From Gemmatimonadota bacterium (lineage in GTDB: Bacteria > Gemmatimonadota > Gemmatimonadetes > Gemmatimonadales > GWC2-71-9): a stretch of DNA of 64,000 nucleotides. Shown piece after piece: positions 10,255 to 20,234 of this stretch. The notes under the pieces were generated by a model. It did not search any database, had not been told where the DNA came from, and worked only from the letters and a program-made list of their open reading frames with translations. Every line of letters begins with the position of its first letter. Position 1 is the first letter of the stretch. The DNA is taken from positions 421,598 through 485,597 of the forward strand of contig SHZU01000001.1 in assembly GCA_009692115.1 (NCBI GenBank). Reading direction: 5' to 3'. A program made the position numbers and the translations under genes.

Positions 10255-10536
10255 CTACTGGGCACGAACGCCCAACTCCCCCAGGGCCTTGGCCAGGAAC
10301 TCGTACTCCGCCTCACCGTTATAGAGCGCGGCCGACACTCGGAGATACCGGGCCCGGTGCATCGGCCACGAGAACACCACCACCTGGATCCGGTACGCCT
10401 CGAGGAGCCGGGTCATCAAGGGATCGGCCGTGAGCGCCGGGCGCCCGGGAACGGTGTCCGGCTGAATCGCGAGGGTGGCCATCGAGGCCCCGACCACGGC
10501 CGACGCAATGAGGATGCTGGTGACGAATCGAGCCAT
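10255..10536 (-). pseudogene. Probable C-terminal remnant of a class V aminotransferase / cysteine desulfurase-like gene
   Basis: The tail ...YLRVSAALYNGEAEYEFLAKALGELG resembles the C-terminus of class V PLP enzymes. No PLP domain lies upstream, and the N-terminus MARFVTSILIASAVVG is unrelated. Confidence 0.35.
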
Positions 10537-10606
10537 TGGATCTTGACTGGTTGCGAGTGAGGGCCACCTACGGGACCGGACCGAGGCGGGTTTCGTTGCT
10601 GCCAGT

Positions 10607-11992
10607 CTACTGTTTGTCTTCCAGGCCGGCCGGTGCCAGGCGAGCGAGCATGGTCGCCACCCACGACGGTTCTGCGTCGTTGATTTCCTTTCGTTCCTTG
10701 CGCGCGACCGCCTCGCGCACCATATGGGCACCCAAGAACCGAATCGGTTCTGGTGGGAACTTGCCCGCCGATCGCCCGATCAGCGGGTGTTCGCCCCACT
10801 CGTCGCGCCGGCCGAGTGCCATTGAGGCCAGAATCCGCCCTCCGATGACGCTGGGCCCGACCCCGTTGCCGCTCCAGCCGACGCCGTATGCGATATGGCG
10901 GCGTCCGCCCAGGTATCCAAGCAGCGGAAGGCTGTTGGGGGTTCGATCGATCGGGCCCGACCAATCGTGGGTGATCGGCACGTGGGCCAACGCCGGGTAG
11001 TAGCGCCGGAAGTCGGCCGTCACCTCGGCCGCCCGCGCCGCGCTTCGATCGAACGCCGGTCCGATCGAGCCGCCGTATGCGATCGACCATCCGCCCTTCC
11101 CGAACACCACCCGCCCGTCGCCGGAGATTCGATAGTAGTCCACCATGGTTTGGGAGTCGGTGATGCAAAGGTCCGGATGCCATCCGATCCGGGCGAGGTC
11201 GGCCGCCGCGGGCGCGGTGGCCACGATGTCGCTTGAAATCACGACGATCGACCGGGAGAGTTCCCGAATCCCGGCGGCCCAGGCGTTCGTGGCGATGACG
11301 AGACGCGGGGTGGTAACCGTCCCTGCGTCGGTCTCGACGATGACCGGTTCTTCGCGCGAGAACCTGCGGACCTTGGTGTGTTCGTGGATCCGGACCCCCC
11401 GGCTCAACGCCACCCGCCGGAGCCCCCGGGCCAGCGCGGCCGGCTGGACGATCGCAGCGGTCGCTTCAAACGTCCCGGCCCGGTGGGCCGGCGATCCGGC
11501 CCGCGCCGCCACCTCGGCGGCCTCAAGGTTCTGGAACGGCGCCACGCCGTGTCTGGCACACAGATCAAGCAGTCCACTCCACGCCCCGAGTTGGGCCCGG
11601 CTCGTGGCCGTCCACAGCCACCCGCCCTGGCGGAAGTCGGCGTCGATCGCGTGGGCGGCGCAGAAATCTCGAATGGTGCCGATCGCGTCTTCCGACGATT
11701 TCGCCACCCGCACCGCATCCGCCGGACCGATGATTGCCGCGAGTGACGACAACTTGGGCCACCAGGAGAGGACGAAGCCCCCGTTTCGGCCGGACGCCCC
11801 GCCTCCGCAGATATCCTGCTCCAGCACCATCACATCGCACGCCGGCTCCAACTCTTTGATCCGGAGGGCGGTCCACAGCCCGACGTACCCGCCGCCGATC
11901 ACGACCACGTCCGCCGATGCGGCACCGGCCAGCGGGAGTTGATCGGGGGCATCGCCGGCCGTCTGCTCGAGCCAGAGAGATCGGTGTTTCAT
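10607..11992 (-). CDS. FAD-dependent oxidoreductase (DAO family)
   Basis: N-terminal dinucleotide fold DVVVIGGGYVGLWTALRIKE and GASGRNGGF. 461 aa. Confidence 0.85.
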   Translation of the reverse strand: MKHRSLWLEQTAGDAPDQLPLAGAASADVVVIGGGYVGLWTALRIKELEPACDVMVLEQDICGGGASGRNGGFVLSWWPKLSSLAAIIGPADAVRVAKSSEDAIGTIRDFCAAHAIDADFRQGGWLWTATSRAQLGAWSGLLDLCARHGVAPFQNLEAAEVAARAGSPAHRAGTFEATAAIVQPAALARGLRRVALSRGVRIHEHTKVRRFSREEPVIVETDAGTVTTPRLVIATNAWAAGIRELSRSIVVISSDIVATAPAAADLARIGWHPDLCITDSQTMVDYYRISGDGRVVFGKGGWSIAYGGSIGPAFDRSAARAAEVTADFRRYYPALAHVPITHDWSGPIDRTPNSLPLLGYLGGRRHIAYGVGWSGNGVGPSVIGGRILASMALGRRDEWGEHPLIGRSAGKFPPEPIRFLGAHMVREAVARKERKEINDAEPSWVATMLARLAPAGLEDKQ

Positions 11993-12004
11993 GCGCTGAA
12001 GATA

Positions 12005-12408
12005 CCGATTCGGTCGGGCCTCGGCTCCACCGTTTCGCCGACAGCCTCGTTGCGGTCCGGCCGAAGCTGCCCGGCCTGATTCTCTACGTCCGCGACGGCG
12101 CGTCCGGCCGGCGCTGGCGGATTGCGTCGGGATGGTCCGATACCGTGCGCCGGGTCCGGCTCGACCCGAACCAACCGCTCCGGATTGCGAGCAACACCGA
12201 GACCTACGTGGCCGCGGCCATGCTCCGACTGGTGGAGCGAGGGACGCTCACGCTCTCCAACCCGCTGTCCCGCCACCTCCCGGCCCATCTGAATGCGATG
12301 CTGGTTGCCGATGGGTATCCGACCGACCGGATGACCATCGAGCAGGTGTTCAGCCATCGATCCGGCCTGGACGAGCACCCCGCCATCGCCTCCTGCGCGG
12401 CCGTGGCC
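12005..12408 (+). pseudogene. Internal fragment of a beta-lactamase-family serine hydrolase (decayed copy of 31546..32649)
   Basis: DSVGPRLHRFADSLVAVRPKLPGLILYVRDG...HPAIASCAAVA aligns residue for residue with the N-terminal third of 31546..32649. It has no start codon or signal peptide of its own. The active-site SNTKTY of the intact copy reads SNTETY here. Homology stops near 12408. Confidence 0.7.
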
Positions 12409-12624
12409 GACCGGGCGACGGAGGGACTGCACCAGCGCCACCAATACGATGAGGTAGGCCGGCCACATCGCGGCCCGTTGTCCCTCGATCAGCACGCTCG
12501 CGGCCACCAAGACAACCCCGATGGCTCCGAGCGCAAACGGGGCCCGGCGTCCCCTGACCCATTGCCACAGGATTGCCGCCACCACCAGCGCAATGATCCA
12601 TTCGAACGGTCACATCGTTCCGCC

Positions 12625-14031
12625 CTATCGCTTGATGTCGGCGCCGGCCGCCGCGGCCTGGCCCGGAGGCACCATCGGCTCGTGGCGCGGGTAGACGATC
12701 TGGCCGCCCTGGACCTGGACCCGGCCGTCCCGAATCACGATGTCCACCTTGGCGATGTCGTCGAGGCGCTCGTCGGGGTTGCCGTTCAGGACCAGCACAT
12801 CGGCGAGCTTGCCGACCTCGAGGGTCCCGAGCTTGTCTCCCATGTCGAGCATCTGGGCATTGACCCGGGTGGCAATGCCGAGCACCTCGGGCACGGTATA
12901 GCCAACCCGGACGAAGTTCCGCATCTCTTCGTGGTAGGGCCACGGGAGGTACCGGAACCAGTCGACCACCAAATCGGTGCCGATGCCTAACGTGACGCCG
13001 GCATCCTTCATCTTCTTGACCAGGGCCATGTTGGCCGAATCCGAGAAGGTGAACCGCCGGCTCTGCGATCCGAAATACCCGCCACTCAGCCGGAAGATGA
13101 TCTGATACGGAATCAGGGTCGCATCCGACTCGACACCCTTCTCGGCCATCAGCCGGATCGTTTCGTCGGTCCGGGGGAGCGGATGCTCGATCATATCGAC
13201 CCCGGCCCGGACCGCGCGCTCGATATAGAACGTCTCGGCGTCGGCGGTGATCTTGAGGCCGAGGTCGTGGGTCTCGGCGACGGCCGCCTGGATCTCTTCC
13301 TCGGAAAAGTGGCTGGTCACCTTGATGAAGTCGGCGCCCCGGGCCACCTGCTCGCGAACCGCGTTCCGCCAATCAGCGGGCCCCGTCGCCACCCGGACGC
13401 CGGCCAGGTACTGGCCGCCCGCAATGTCGGGCTCGTTGCCATGGCCGCCCTGCCCCGCAATCACGTTGCCAGCGGCAAAGATCCGGGGCCCGACCAGCCG
13501 GCCCTCGGTGACCCATTCCTTGAGCAGGAACGGCGTCTCGCCATCAGAGCCGGTGTCGCGGAGCGAGGTGATCCCGCTCTCGATGTAGTACCGGAGCCGC
13601 TCGGCCCCCCGAAGCGCACCGTCGGCCCGGCTTCGGGCCCTGGCGTCCGAGTCACCCGGCAGGCGGTAATCGATGTGGGTATGAAGGTCGATCAGGCCCG
13701 GCATCACGGTCTTGCCGGACACGTCGATGACCCGGGCATCCTTGGGCCAATCGGTGCTCGTCGGCGGCAGGATGGCCGAGATCTGATTGCGGGTGATGAC
13801 GACCGTGGCGGCCCGGGCCACGGCACCGGTCCCGTCCCAGAGCCGGCCGCCCTTGAGGACCAGGGTGCCCTTCGGGGCGTAGAGGCCCGCGGGGATCGGG
13901 ATCCGGCGCGGGTCGTCGGTGGTGTTGGTACTGGGCGCGATCCACCGCCGCCGTTCGGTGCGCGGAACCTGCGCCACGAGCGAGGGCAGCAACGACACCA
14001 GGAGGATCGAGGCAAGAAAGAAGCTACGCAT
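12625..14031 (-). CDS. Amidohydrolase family protein, secreted (paralogue of 39203..40594)
   Basis: Signal peptide MRSFFLASILLVSLLPSLVAQ. Motifs PGLIDLHTHIDY, GADFIKVTSHF, GVTLGIGTDL and GTLEVGKLADVLVLNGNP. Confidence 0.8.
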   Translation of the reverse strand: MRSFFLASILLVSLLPSLVAQVPRTERRRWIAPSTNTTDDPRRIPIPAGLYAPKGTLVLKGGRLWDGTGAVARAATVVITRNQISAILPPTSTDWPKDARVIDVSGKTVMPGLIDLHTHIDYRLPGDSDARARSRADGALRGAERLRYYIESGITSLRDTGSDGETPFLLKEWVTEGRLVGPRIFAAGNVIAGQGGHGNEPDIAGGQYLAGVRVATGPADWRNAVREQVARGADFIKVTSHFSEEEIQAAVAETHDLGLKITADAETFYIERAVRAGVDMIEHPLPRTDETIRLMAEKGVESDATLIPYQIIFRLSGGYFGSQSRRFTFSDSANMALVKKMKDAGVTLGIGTDLVVDWFRYLPWPYHEEMRNFVRVGYTVPEVLGIATRVNAQMLDMGDKLGTLEVGKLADVLVLNGNPDERLDDIAKVDIVIRDGRVQVQGGQIVYPRHEPMVPPGQAAAAGADIKR

Positions 14032-14138
14032 GAGATATTGGTGGTTGGAGACGCCGGTAAACTAGTCGCAACCGGGACCGCACGCCGGGGCCACCATGCT
14101 CGTGGCGCCTCTGACGCCGTGACGATAGGTTCTCTGCT

Positions 14139-14894
14139 ATGCCGAAACCCTTCGAAGGAAAAGTCGCGCTGATTACCGGTGGCAACTCCGGGATCGGCAA
14201 AGCCACGGCGCTCCAGTTTGCCGAGCAGGGGGCCCGCGTCGTGATCGCGGCCCGCCGAGCCGCGGAAGGCGAAGCGACCGTCGCCGAAATCCGCGGCAAT
14301 GGCGGCGAGGCGATATTCGTCGCGACCGACGTCGTCCAAGCGGCCGATGCCGAGGCGGTGGTCAAGAAAACGGTGGCCGCCTACGGGCGACTCGATTGCG
14401 CCTTCAACAACGCGGGCGTCTCCGGCGGGGCCCTCCTCCATGAGGTGACCGAGGCGGATTGGGACCGGATGATCGACGTGAACTTGAAGGGCGTCTGGCT
14501 CGGGATGAAGTACCAAATCATCCAGATGTTGAGCCAGGGCGGTGGCGCCATCGTCAACGATTCCTCGGTGGCTGGGCTCACCGGGTACGTCCGAAGCCCC
14601 GCCTACTCAGCAAGCAAGCACGGCGTCATCGGGTTGTCCAAGTCGGCGTCGCTCCAATACCGTGACCACGGGATCCGGATCAATGTCGTCTGCCCCGGCA
14701 TGATCATGACCCCGATGATCGAGCGGGCCTTTGCGATTCCGGGCGTGGAAGACTGGTTCCGCTCGAAGGTGCCCGGGCGGGGCGGGAACCCTGACGAGGT
14801 GGCGCAGGCGGTGACGTGGCTCTGTTCCGATGCCGCGTCCTATATCAATGGCGTGGCCCTCCCGATCGACGGCGGGCTGTCCTCCGGGCTCTAG
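14139..14894 (+). CDS. SDR family oxidoreductase
   Basis: KVALITGGNSGIGKATA (TGxxxGIG), NNAG, and YSASKHGVIGL (YxxxK). Confidence 0.85.
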   Translation: MPKPFEGKVALITGGNSGIGKATALQFAEQGARVVIAARRAAEGEATVAEIRGNGGEAIFVATDVVQAADAEAVVKKTVAAYGRLDCAFNNAGVSGGALLHEVTEADWDRMIDVNLKGVWLGMKYQIIQMLSQGGGAIVNDSSVAGLTGYVRSPAYSASKHGVIGLSKSASLQYRDHGIRINVVCPGMIMTPMIERAFAIPGVEDWFRSKVPGRGGNPDEVAQAVTWLCSDAASYINGVALPIDGGLSSGL

Positions 14895-15283
14895 CGTTGC
14901 GGGACGTAGGCGACGCAGTCAATCTCGACGCGGAGCCCTTCCTCGGGCAGCGCCACGGCTTGGATCGTGGTGCGGGCCGGCCGATGCACCCCGAACACGC
15001 GGGCATAGACGCCGTTCATCTCCGCGAGGTCGTTTATGTCGATCAAGAACACCCCGCACCGAAGCACGTGCTGGAGGTCCGAGCCTGCCGCCCGGAGGAT
15101 CGTCCGGACGTTCATGAGACACTGCTCGGTCTGCGACGCCGTATCGATGCCGACCCGCCGTCCGGTGGCCGGATCGTCGGCGCCTTGGCCGGAGACGAAG
15201 ATCAGGCGCTCGAACACCATCCCAGGCGAATAGGGTCCGGCCGCTTCGGGAAGATTCGGGGCGTGGATCGGCTGGTGGCGCAT
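14891..15283 (-). CDS. RidA/YjgF family reactive-intermediate deaminase
   Basis: ATG 15283 gives MRHQPIHAPNLPEAAGPYSPG..., the typical RidA N-terminus, and C-terminal RTTIQAVALPEEGLRVEIDCVA. The upstream extension to 15367 was rejected. Confidence 0.8.
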   Translation of the reverse strand: MRHQPIHAPNLPEAAGPYSPGMVFERLIFVSGQGADDPATGRRVGIDTASQTEQCLMNVRTILRAAGSDLQHVLRCGVFLIDINDLAEMNGVYARVFGVHRPARTTIQAVALPEEGLRVEIDCVAYVPQR

Positions 15284-15363
15284 TAGGTGTTCCGAGGTGA
15301 AAGAAGTTCGGGGGACGGGGAATAGTAACCCGAAGTCGAGCCGGGCCGAACCACCCGCTCCAA

Positions 15364-16521
15364 TCACTCCGAAAACGACCCGCCGGATTGCTCAACCTCG
15401 GCCAGGACCGCCGCCGTGTGTTCACCGAGGGCCGGCACCCGGTCCATTCTCGGCGGGGCACTGGCCAGGTTGTGCGGCGGGAGCAATGCGGGAATCGGCC
15501 CGAGAAACGACTCAAGTTCGGTCCACCGCCCCCGCGCGGCAAGTTGCGGATGGGCCACGACCGCGGCCACGTCGTTCACCACCGCGTTGGCGATCTCGCC
15601 CCGCTCGAGCCGCTCGATCACCGCGGCAACGGACAGCGTCCCGAAGATCGTCTCGATCAACAACTCGAGCTCCCGCCGATTGGCCAGCCGGTCGGTGTTA
15701 GCAGCGAAGCGCGGGTCGTCGGCTAACTCGGCCCGGCCCAAGACCACGTCGCAGAGCCGGCGCCATTCGCGGTCGTTCTGAATCGCGAACATCACGTTGC
15801 CGTCAGCGCAGCGGTAGGCGCCATACGGAACGATCATATTGTGACGGAGGCCGGCCCGAGGCGGCGGCGCCCCGGTGCCGAGTTGGACGTACAACTGGGG
15901 CGTCATCCATTCGACCAGGCACTCGAGCATCGAAATGTCGATCCGGTCGCCGCGACCGGTCCGATCACGCTGGCGGAGCGCGGCCAACACGCTCGAGTAG
16001 GCGTAGAGGCCGGCCGCGATATCGGCGACGCTGATCCCGACTTTGGCCGGCGCATCGGGCGTACCCGTTAGGCTGACGACACCCGCCTCCGCCTGGATCA
16101 GCATGTCGTAGGCTTTCTTGTCCCGGTACGGGCCATCGGGACCATACCCGGAGATCCCTGCCCAAATCAGCCGGGGCGCCACCGCCGCCAGAACCTCATA
16201 GCCGAGCCCGAGGCGCTCGACCGATCCGGGCGCCAAGTTGTGGACGAAAACGTCGGCGCGCCGCACCAGCCGTGTCATGGCCGCCCGCCCCGATGCGGTC
16301 TTGAGATCGAGGACGACGCTCTCCTTGCCCCGATTGAGCCACGCGAAGTAGGCCGACAGTCCATGCAGGGCTCCGTCGTAGCCGCGCGCGAAGTCGCCGC
16401 CGTCCGGCCGTTCGATCTTGATGACCCGGGCGCCCAAGTCGGCCAGTTGCCTGGAACAGAACGGCCCGGTCACCGCCTGTTCGAGCGCGACGACCGTGAG
16501 GCCCGAGAGTGGCATCGTCAC
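15364..16521 (-). CDS. Family III CoA-transferase (CaiB/BaiF)
   Basis: LSGLTVVALEQAVTGPFCSRQLADLGARVIKIERPDGGDFAR is a textbook CaiB/BaiF N-terminus. Confidence 0.85.
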   Translation of the reverse strand: MTMPLSGLTVVALEQAVTGPFCSRQLADLGARVIKIERPDGGDFARGYDGALHGLSAYFAWLNRGKESVVLDLKTASGRAAMTRLVRRADVFVHNLAPGSVERLGLGYEVLAAVAPRLIWAGISGYGPDGPYRDKKAYDMLIQAEAGVVSLTGTPDAPAKVGISVADIAAGLYAYSSVLAALRQRDRTGRGDRIDISMLECLVEWMTPQLYVQLGTGAPPPRAGLRHNMIVPYGAYRCADGNVMFAIQNDREWRRLCDVVLGRAELADDPRFAANTDRLANRRELELLIETIFGTLSVAAVIERLERGEIANAVVNDVAAVVAHPQLAARGRWTELESFLGPIPALLPPHNLASAPPRMDRVPALGEHTAAVLAEVEQSGGSFSE

Positions 16522-16527
16522 TGGCGC

Positions 16528-17676
16528 CTAGAAGATGTTGGTTTCGACCGCACCGCTCTGCTCCGCAAACCGGGTAATCCGCAACTCATCGACATCGATG
16601 GTCCGGGCCCGGCCTTCGAGGATTTCCTCCGCCATCAACAGCCCGGTGGCCGGCGCATGCATCACGCCGTGGCCGCTGAATCCGCTGGCGTCGACGTAGT
16701 TAGGCAGATCGGGGTGGCGGCCCATGATCGGCATGTGGTCTGGCGTAATCTCATAGAGGCCGGCCCAGCACTTCTTCTCAGCCAGCCGGGCGTCCTCGAG
16801 CGCCGGAAACCGGCTGACCCCCGCCTCGAGCACGGTGCCGAGCCAGTCCCAATCGACGTCGATCCGTTCACTCGACGGCTCGTCCTGGTTTGACAATCCG
16901 AAGAGCATGCCCCGCCCTTCTTTTCGGATGTAAAATCCGCTCGAGACGTCGAACGTGAACGGCATCCCATCCGGCAGGACTGGAAACTCCTCTGTCATAT
17001 AGATGCTCCGCCGATAGGGGAGCACCGGGACCTCGAGCCCCGCCAGCGCCGCCACTGCACCAGCCCACGGACCCGCGGCGTTGACCAGCATATCGCACCC
17101 GATCCGGCCGTTAGGCGTTTCCACGGCCGTGACCCGGTCGCCCGCTCGATGTACCGTGGTCACCGGCGAATCACACGCGACCGTGACGCCGAGTTCCTGG
17201 GCCCGCTTCACGTAGCCCATCGCCACGCCGTACGGATCGCAGTACCCGTCGAGCGGGCAGTAGGTCGCCCCGATGACGTCGTCGACCCGGGTTCCCGGCA
17301 CCAGCCGCTCGATGTCGGCAGGGCCGAGTAGTTCGGTCGGGACCCCTAGCCGCCGCTGGAGCTCGGCCTGCCCTTGAAACGCCGGCCACGCCGCCGGATC
17401 GGTGACCAAGAGGAGATAACCCACCTGGTGGAGTTCCGCGTACCCGCCAACCTCCTCGGTGAACCGGCTCAGCCGCTCGATACTGTACCGCGAGAGCCGG
17501 ATGTTCATTTCCGTGGCGAATTGGTGCCGGACCCCGGCCGCCGAGCGGGCGGTGCTGCCGGTGGCCGGCGCCTCCGACCGTTCCAGCACGATCACATCGG
17601 TGCACCCGCGGAGGGCCAGATGGTACGCGATCGAGCCGCCGATAATGCCGCCGCCGACGATGACGACTTGAGGCAT
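16528..17676 (-). CDS. FAD-dependent oxidoreductase, DAO family (D-amino-acid / sarcosine oxidase beta-like)
   Basis: ATG 17676 gives MPQVVIVGGGIIGGSIAYHLALRG...STARSAAGVRHQF. The 93-aa Arg/Pro-rich upstream extension of the listed ORF was rejected. Confidence 0.8.
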   Translation of the reverse strand: MPQVVIVGGGIIGGSIAYHLALRGCTDVIVLERSEAPATGSTARSAAGVRHQFATEMNIRLSRYSIERLSRFTEEVGGYAELHQVGYLLLVTDPAAWPAFQGQAELQRRLGVPTELLGPADIERLVPGTRVDDVIGATYCPLDGYCDPYGVAMGYVKRAQELGVTVACDSPVTTVHRAGDRVTAVETPNGRIGCDMLVNAAGPWAGAVAALAGLEVPVLPYRRSIYMTEEFPVLPDGMPFTFDVSSGFYIRKEGRGMLFGLSNQDEPSSERIDVDWDWLGTVLEAGVSRFPALEDARLAEKKCWAGLYEITPDHMPIMGRHPDLPNYVDASGFSGHGVMHAPATGLLMAEEILEGRARTIDVDELRITRFAEQSGAVETNIF

Positions 17677-17680
17677 CCGC

Positions 17681-18271
17681 TCACGCCTCCAACGCGGCCG
17701 CGATCCCGAGCAGGGCTTCCCGCATCCGGTGGGCCAGGTACGGACCATCGCGGGGCGGCAACGCCTTGGGTTCCGGGTCCGCGCCGATCTTGAGCACGGC
17801 CACCAGCGGTCCGGCCAGTCGGTGCAGGTCAGCGCGGAGGGCGTCGACCTCGGCGAGCGTCGTAATCGTCCGAGTGTCGGTAATCCCGGAAGCTCTGGCA
17901 ATCCCGGCGAGGTCGGCGCCGGACGCAGTGTGGGTTCGTTGATTGCCGGTTTCACCGAACCGCTCGTTGTCGAGCACCACGACCCGAAGGTTGGCCGGCT
18001 GTTCCACTCCGATCGTGGCGAAACTCCCGACGCCCATCAGCATCTCACCGTCGCCCGTCACCACCAGCACCGGGCGGGACGGCTGCGCGATCGCCAATCC
18101 GAGACCCACCATCGCGGCGCCACCCATGGCGCCCCACAACGGAAAGTCGAGCGGCGAATCCCCGGCGGCGGCCACGTCATAGGCCGAGGCCCCGAGTCCG
18201 GTGACGACCACCAGATTGCCGCGGTCCGTGAGCAGGCGCCGGACCGCGTCGCGCCGGGGAATGGCGGTCAT
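17681..18271 (-). CDS. TPP-dependent decarboxylase, beta subunit (sulfopyruvate/phosphonopyruvate decarboxylase ComE-like)
   Basis: TPP-binding motif VVTGDGEMLMGVGSFATIG...NLRVVVLDNERFGETGNQ. ATG 18271 overlaps the alpha-subunit stop (ATGA). Confidence 0.8.
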   Translation of the reverse strand: MTAIPRRDAVRRLLTDRGNLVVVTGLGASAYDVAAAGDSPLDFPLWGAMGGAAMVGLGLAIAQPSRPVLVVTGDGEMLMGVGSFATIGVEQPANLRVVVLDNERFGETGNQRTHTASGADLAGIARASGITDTRTITTLAEVDALRADLHRLAGPLVAVLKIGADPEPKALPPRDGPYLAHRMREALLGIAAALEA

Positions 18272-18798
18272 TTGGACGCCTCCGTAAACCGCTTGGCCCC
18301 AAGGAGCCGCTGCGACAACAGTACCGCGACCCGGCGGCGGCTCTGCCACGCCAGTTGGATCGCCCCATCGACCGTCGGAGCGACCTCGGCTCCGGTATCG
18401 GCGCGGAACACCGTGACCCCGCTAGCCGCCAGCACCGCCGGCGTGCTCGATCCCATCGGCACCTGCCAGGGATTGAACTCGCCCCACTCGCCCCGCATCG
18501 TGACGATGGTCACGAACGGGATCTGGCAGATTTGGGGCAGCGACAACATGTTGATGCAGTTGCCCACCCCGCTCGACTGAATCAACAGGACCGAGCGAAC
18601 CCCGCCGAGATACGCACCGGCCGCCAGGGCCACGCCTTCCTCTTCGGTCGTGAGCGTCACCGTCCGGATGGCCGGATCGGCCTGGCAGCGTTCGATCAGC
18701 CGTTGATGCCCGGCGTCCGGCACGACCGACACCAGTCCAATCCGATGAGTGCGAAACAGGGCGTGAATCTCGTCCGCCCATTCAATCTGGTCATTCAT
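18268..18798 (-). CDS. TPP-dependent decarboxylase, alpha subunit (ComD-like)
   Basis: VPDAGHQRLIE...TTEEEGVALAAGAYLGG...LIQSSGVGNCINMLSL...VTMRGEWGEFNPWQVPMG matches the pyrimidine-binding half of split sulfopyruvate-decarboxylase-type enzymes. Confidence 0.8.
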   Translation of the reverse strand: MNDQIEWADEIHALFRTHRIGLVSVVPDAGHQRLIERCQADPAIRTVTLTTEEEGVALAAGAYLGGVRSVLLIQSSGVGNCINMLSLPQICQIPFVTIVTMRGEWGEFNPWQVPMGSSTPAVLAASGVTVFRADTGAEVAPTVDGAIQLAWQSRRRVAVLLSQRLLGAKRFTEASK

Positions 18799-20234
18799 GT
18801 CGAGTGGAGCCCGATCGAGAAGTATTTGATGTCGAGAAACTCATCGATGCCCCAGTGGCCGCCCTCGCGGCCAATCCCGGACATTTTGACCCCACCAAAC
18901 GGCGCCTGCGCCGTCGATGGCACCCCATCGTTGATGCCGACGATCCCAAACTCGAGCGCCTCCGCCACCTGGTAGGCCCGCCGTAAATCTGCGGTCCAGA
19001 GATACGCCGCCAGCCCGAATGGCGAATCGTTGGCCAGCCGAATCGCCTCGGCCTCGGTCGTGAAAGTGAGCACCGGCGCTACCGGGCCGAACGTCTCTTC
19101 GTGCATGAGCTTCATCGCGGGCTGAATGCCCGTGAGCACGGTGGGCTGGTGGTAGAGGCCGGTCAGGGCCTTGCCGCCGGTCAGGACGGTGGCGCCGAGT
19201 CGGGCGGCATCCTCGAGATGCTCGACGATCTTGGCGAGGCCGGCCTGGTCCACCATCGGACCGATCTGGGTGGCCGGATCGAGCGGGTCGCCGACCTTGA
19301 GCGCAGCCACGGCGGCGGCCAACCGCGCGGTAAACGCCGGCGCGATCGACGCCTGGACGTAAATCCGATTGGTGCAGACGCAGGTCTGGCCCCCATTTCG
19401 GAACTTACACGCCATCACTTCCCGGACCGCGGCATCGAGCGGGGCGTCCTCAAAAATCAGGAACGGCGCATGCCCTCCAAGCTCAAGAGCCAGGCGCTTC
19501 ATGGTCCGAGCCGACTGCTCGTAGAGATGAACGCCGACCTCGGTCGACCCGGTGAAGGTGAGGACGCGAACCCGGAGATCGTCGAGCAGCACCCCGGACA
19601 CCGGCCGCGGATCGAGCGCCGTGAGGACTTGGAACGCATCCGGCGGCCCGCCCGCCTCGCGCCAGAGCGCCGCGAGTGCCAGCGCCGACAGCGGCGTCTG
19701 CTCGGCCGGCTTGACGATCACCACGCACCCCGCCGCCAAGGCCGGGGCGATCTTCCTGGTGACGGTCGCAATCGGGAAATTCCATGGCGTAATCGCATAG
19801 ACGATCCCGGTCGGCTGCTTGATCGCGTGAAGCCGCTTGTGGGCAAACTGGCTGGCGATGGTTTCCCCGCCGATCCGCTTGGCTTCCTCGGCATACCATT
19901 CGACGAACCCCGCACCGTACCGGACTTCCCCGACCGACTCGGTCACCGGCTTGCCCATTTCGACGGTCATCAACTCGGCCAGCACCGGCTCATGGGCCAC
20001 GATCAGCGCGTGCCACTTCTTCATCACCAGGGCCCGCTCGTAGGCGGTGGTTCGCTTCCATCGATCGAACCCGGTCGCGGCCTGATCGAGTGCCGAGCGG
20101 GCTTCAGCCGCGCCGCAATCCGGCACGGTGGCTACGACCCTTCTGTCAATCGGCGATCGGACCTCGAACGTCGCGGCCGCCCCGGTGCCGGCGGCCCGAA
20201 TCCGGTCGAAGAATATCGGATCGAGCATGGTCAC
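18795..20234 (-). CDS. NAD(P)+ aldehyde dehydrogenase, succinate-semialdehyde dehydrogenase (GabD)-like
   Basis: The long stretch GKPVTESVGEVRYGAGFVEWYAEEAKRIGGETI...KQPTGIVYAITPWNFPIATVTRKIAPALAAGCVVIVKPAEQTPLSALAL is collinear with GabD. The start is GTG 20234 or ATG 20228. Confidence 0.85.
   Translation of the reverse strand: MTMLDPIFFDRIRAAGTGAAATFEVRSPIDRRVVATVPDCGAAEARSALDQAATGFDRWKRTTAYERALVMKKWHALIVAHEPVLAELMTVEMGKPVTESVGEVRYGAGFVEWYAEEAKRIGGETIASQFAHKRLHAIKQPTGIVYAITPWNFPIATVTRKIAPALAAGCVVIVKPAEQTPLSALALAALWREAGGPPDAFQVLTALDPRPVSGVLLDDLRVRVLTFTGSTEVGVHLYEQSARTMKRLALELGGHAPFLIFEDAPLDAAVREVMACKFRNGGQTCVCTNRIYVQASIAPAFTARLAAAVAALKVGDPLDPATQIGPMVDQAGLAKIVEHLEDAARLGATVLTGGKALTGLYHQPTVLTGIQPAMKLMHEETFGPVAPVLTFTTEAEAIRLANDSPFGLAAYLWTADLRRAYQVAEALEFGIVGINDGVPSTAQAPFGGVKMSGIGREGGHWGIDEFLDIKYFSIGLHST

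Noticed and set aside
14891-14894. The convergent SDR and RidA genes share their stop codons in the palindrome CTAG.
   Set aside because: This is real but trivial. A 3-4-nt tail-to-tail overlap on a CTAG is a chance consequence of TAG stops on both strands, and no hairpin or regulatory structure accompanies it.
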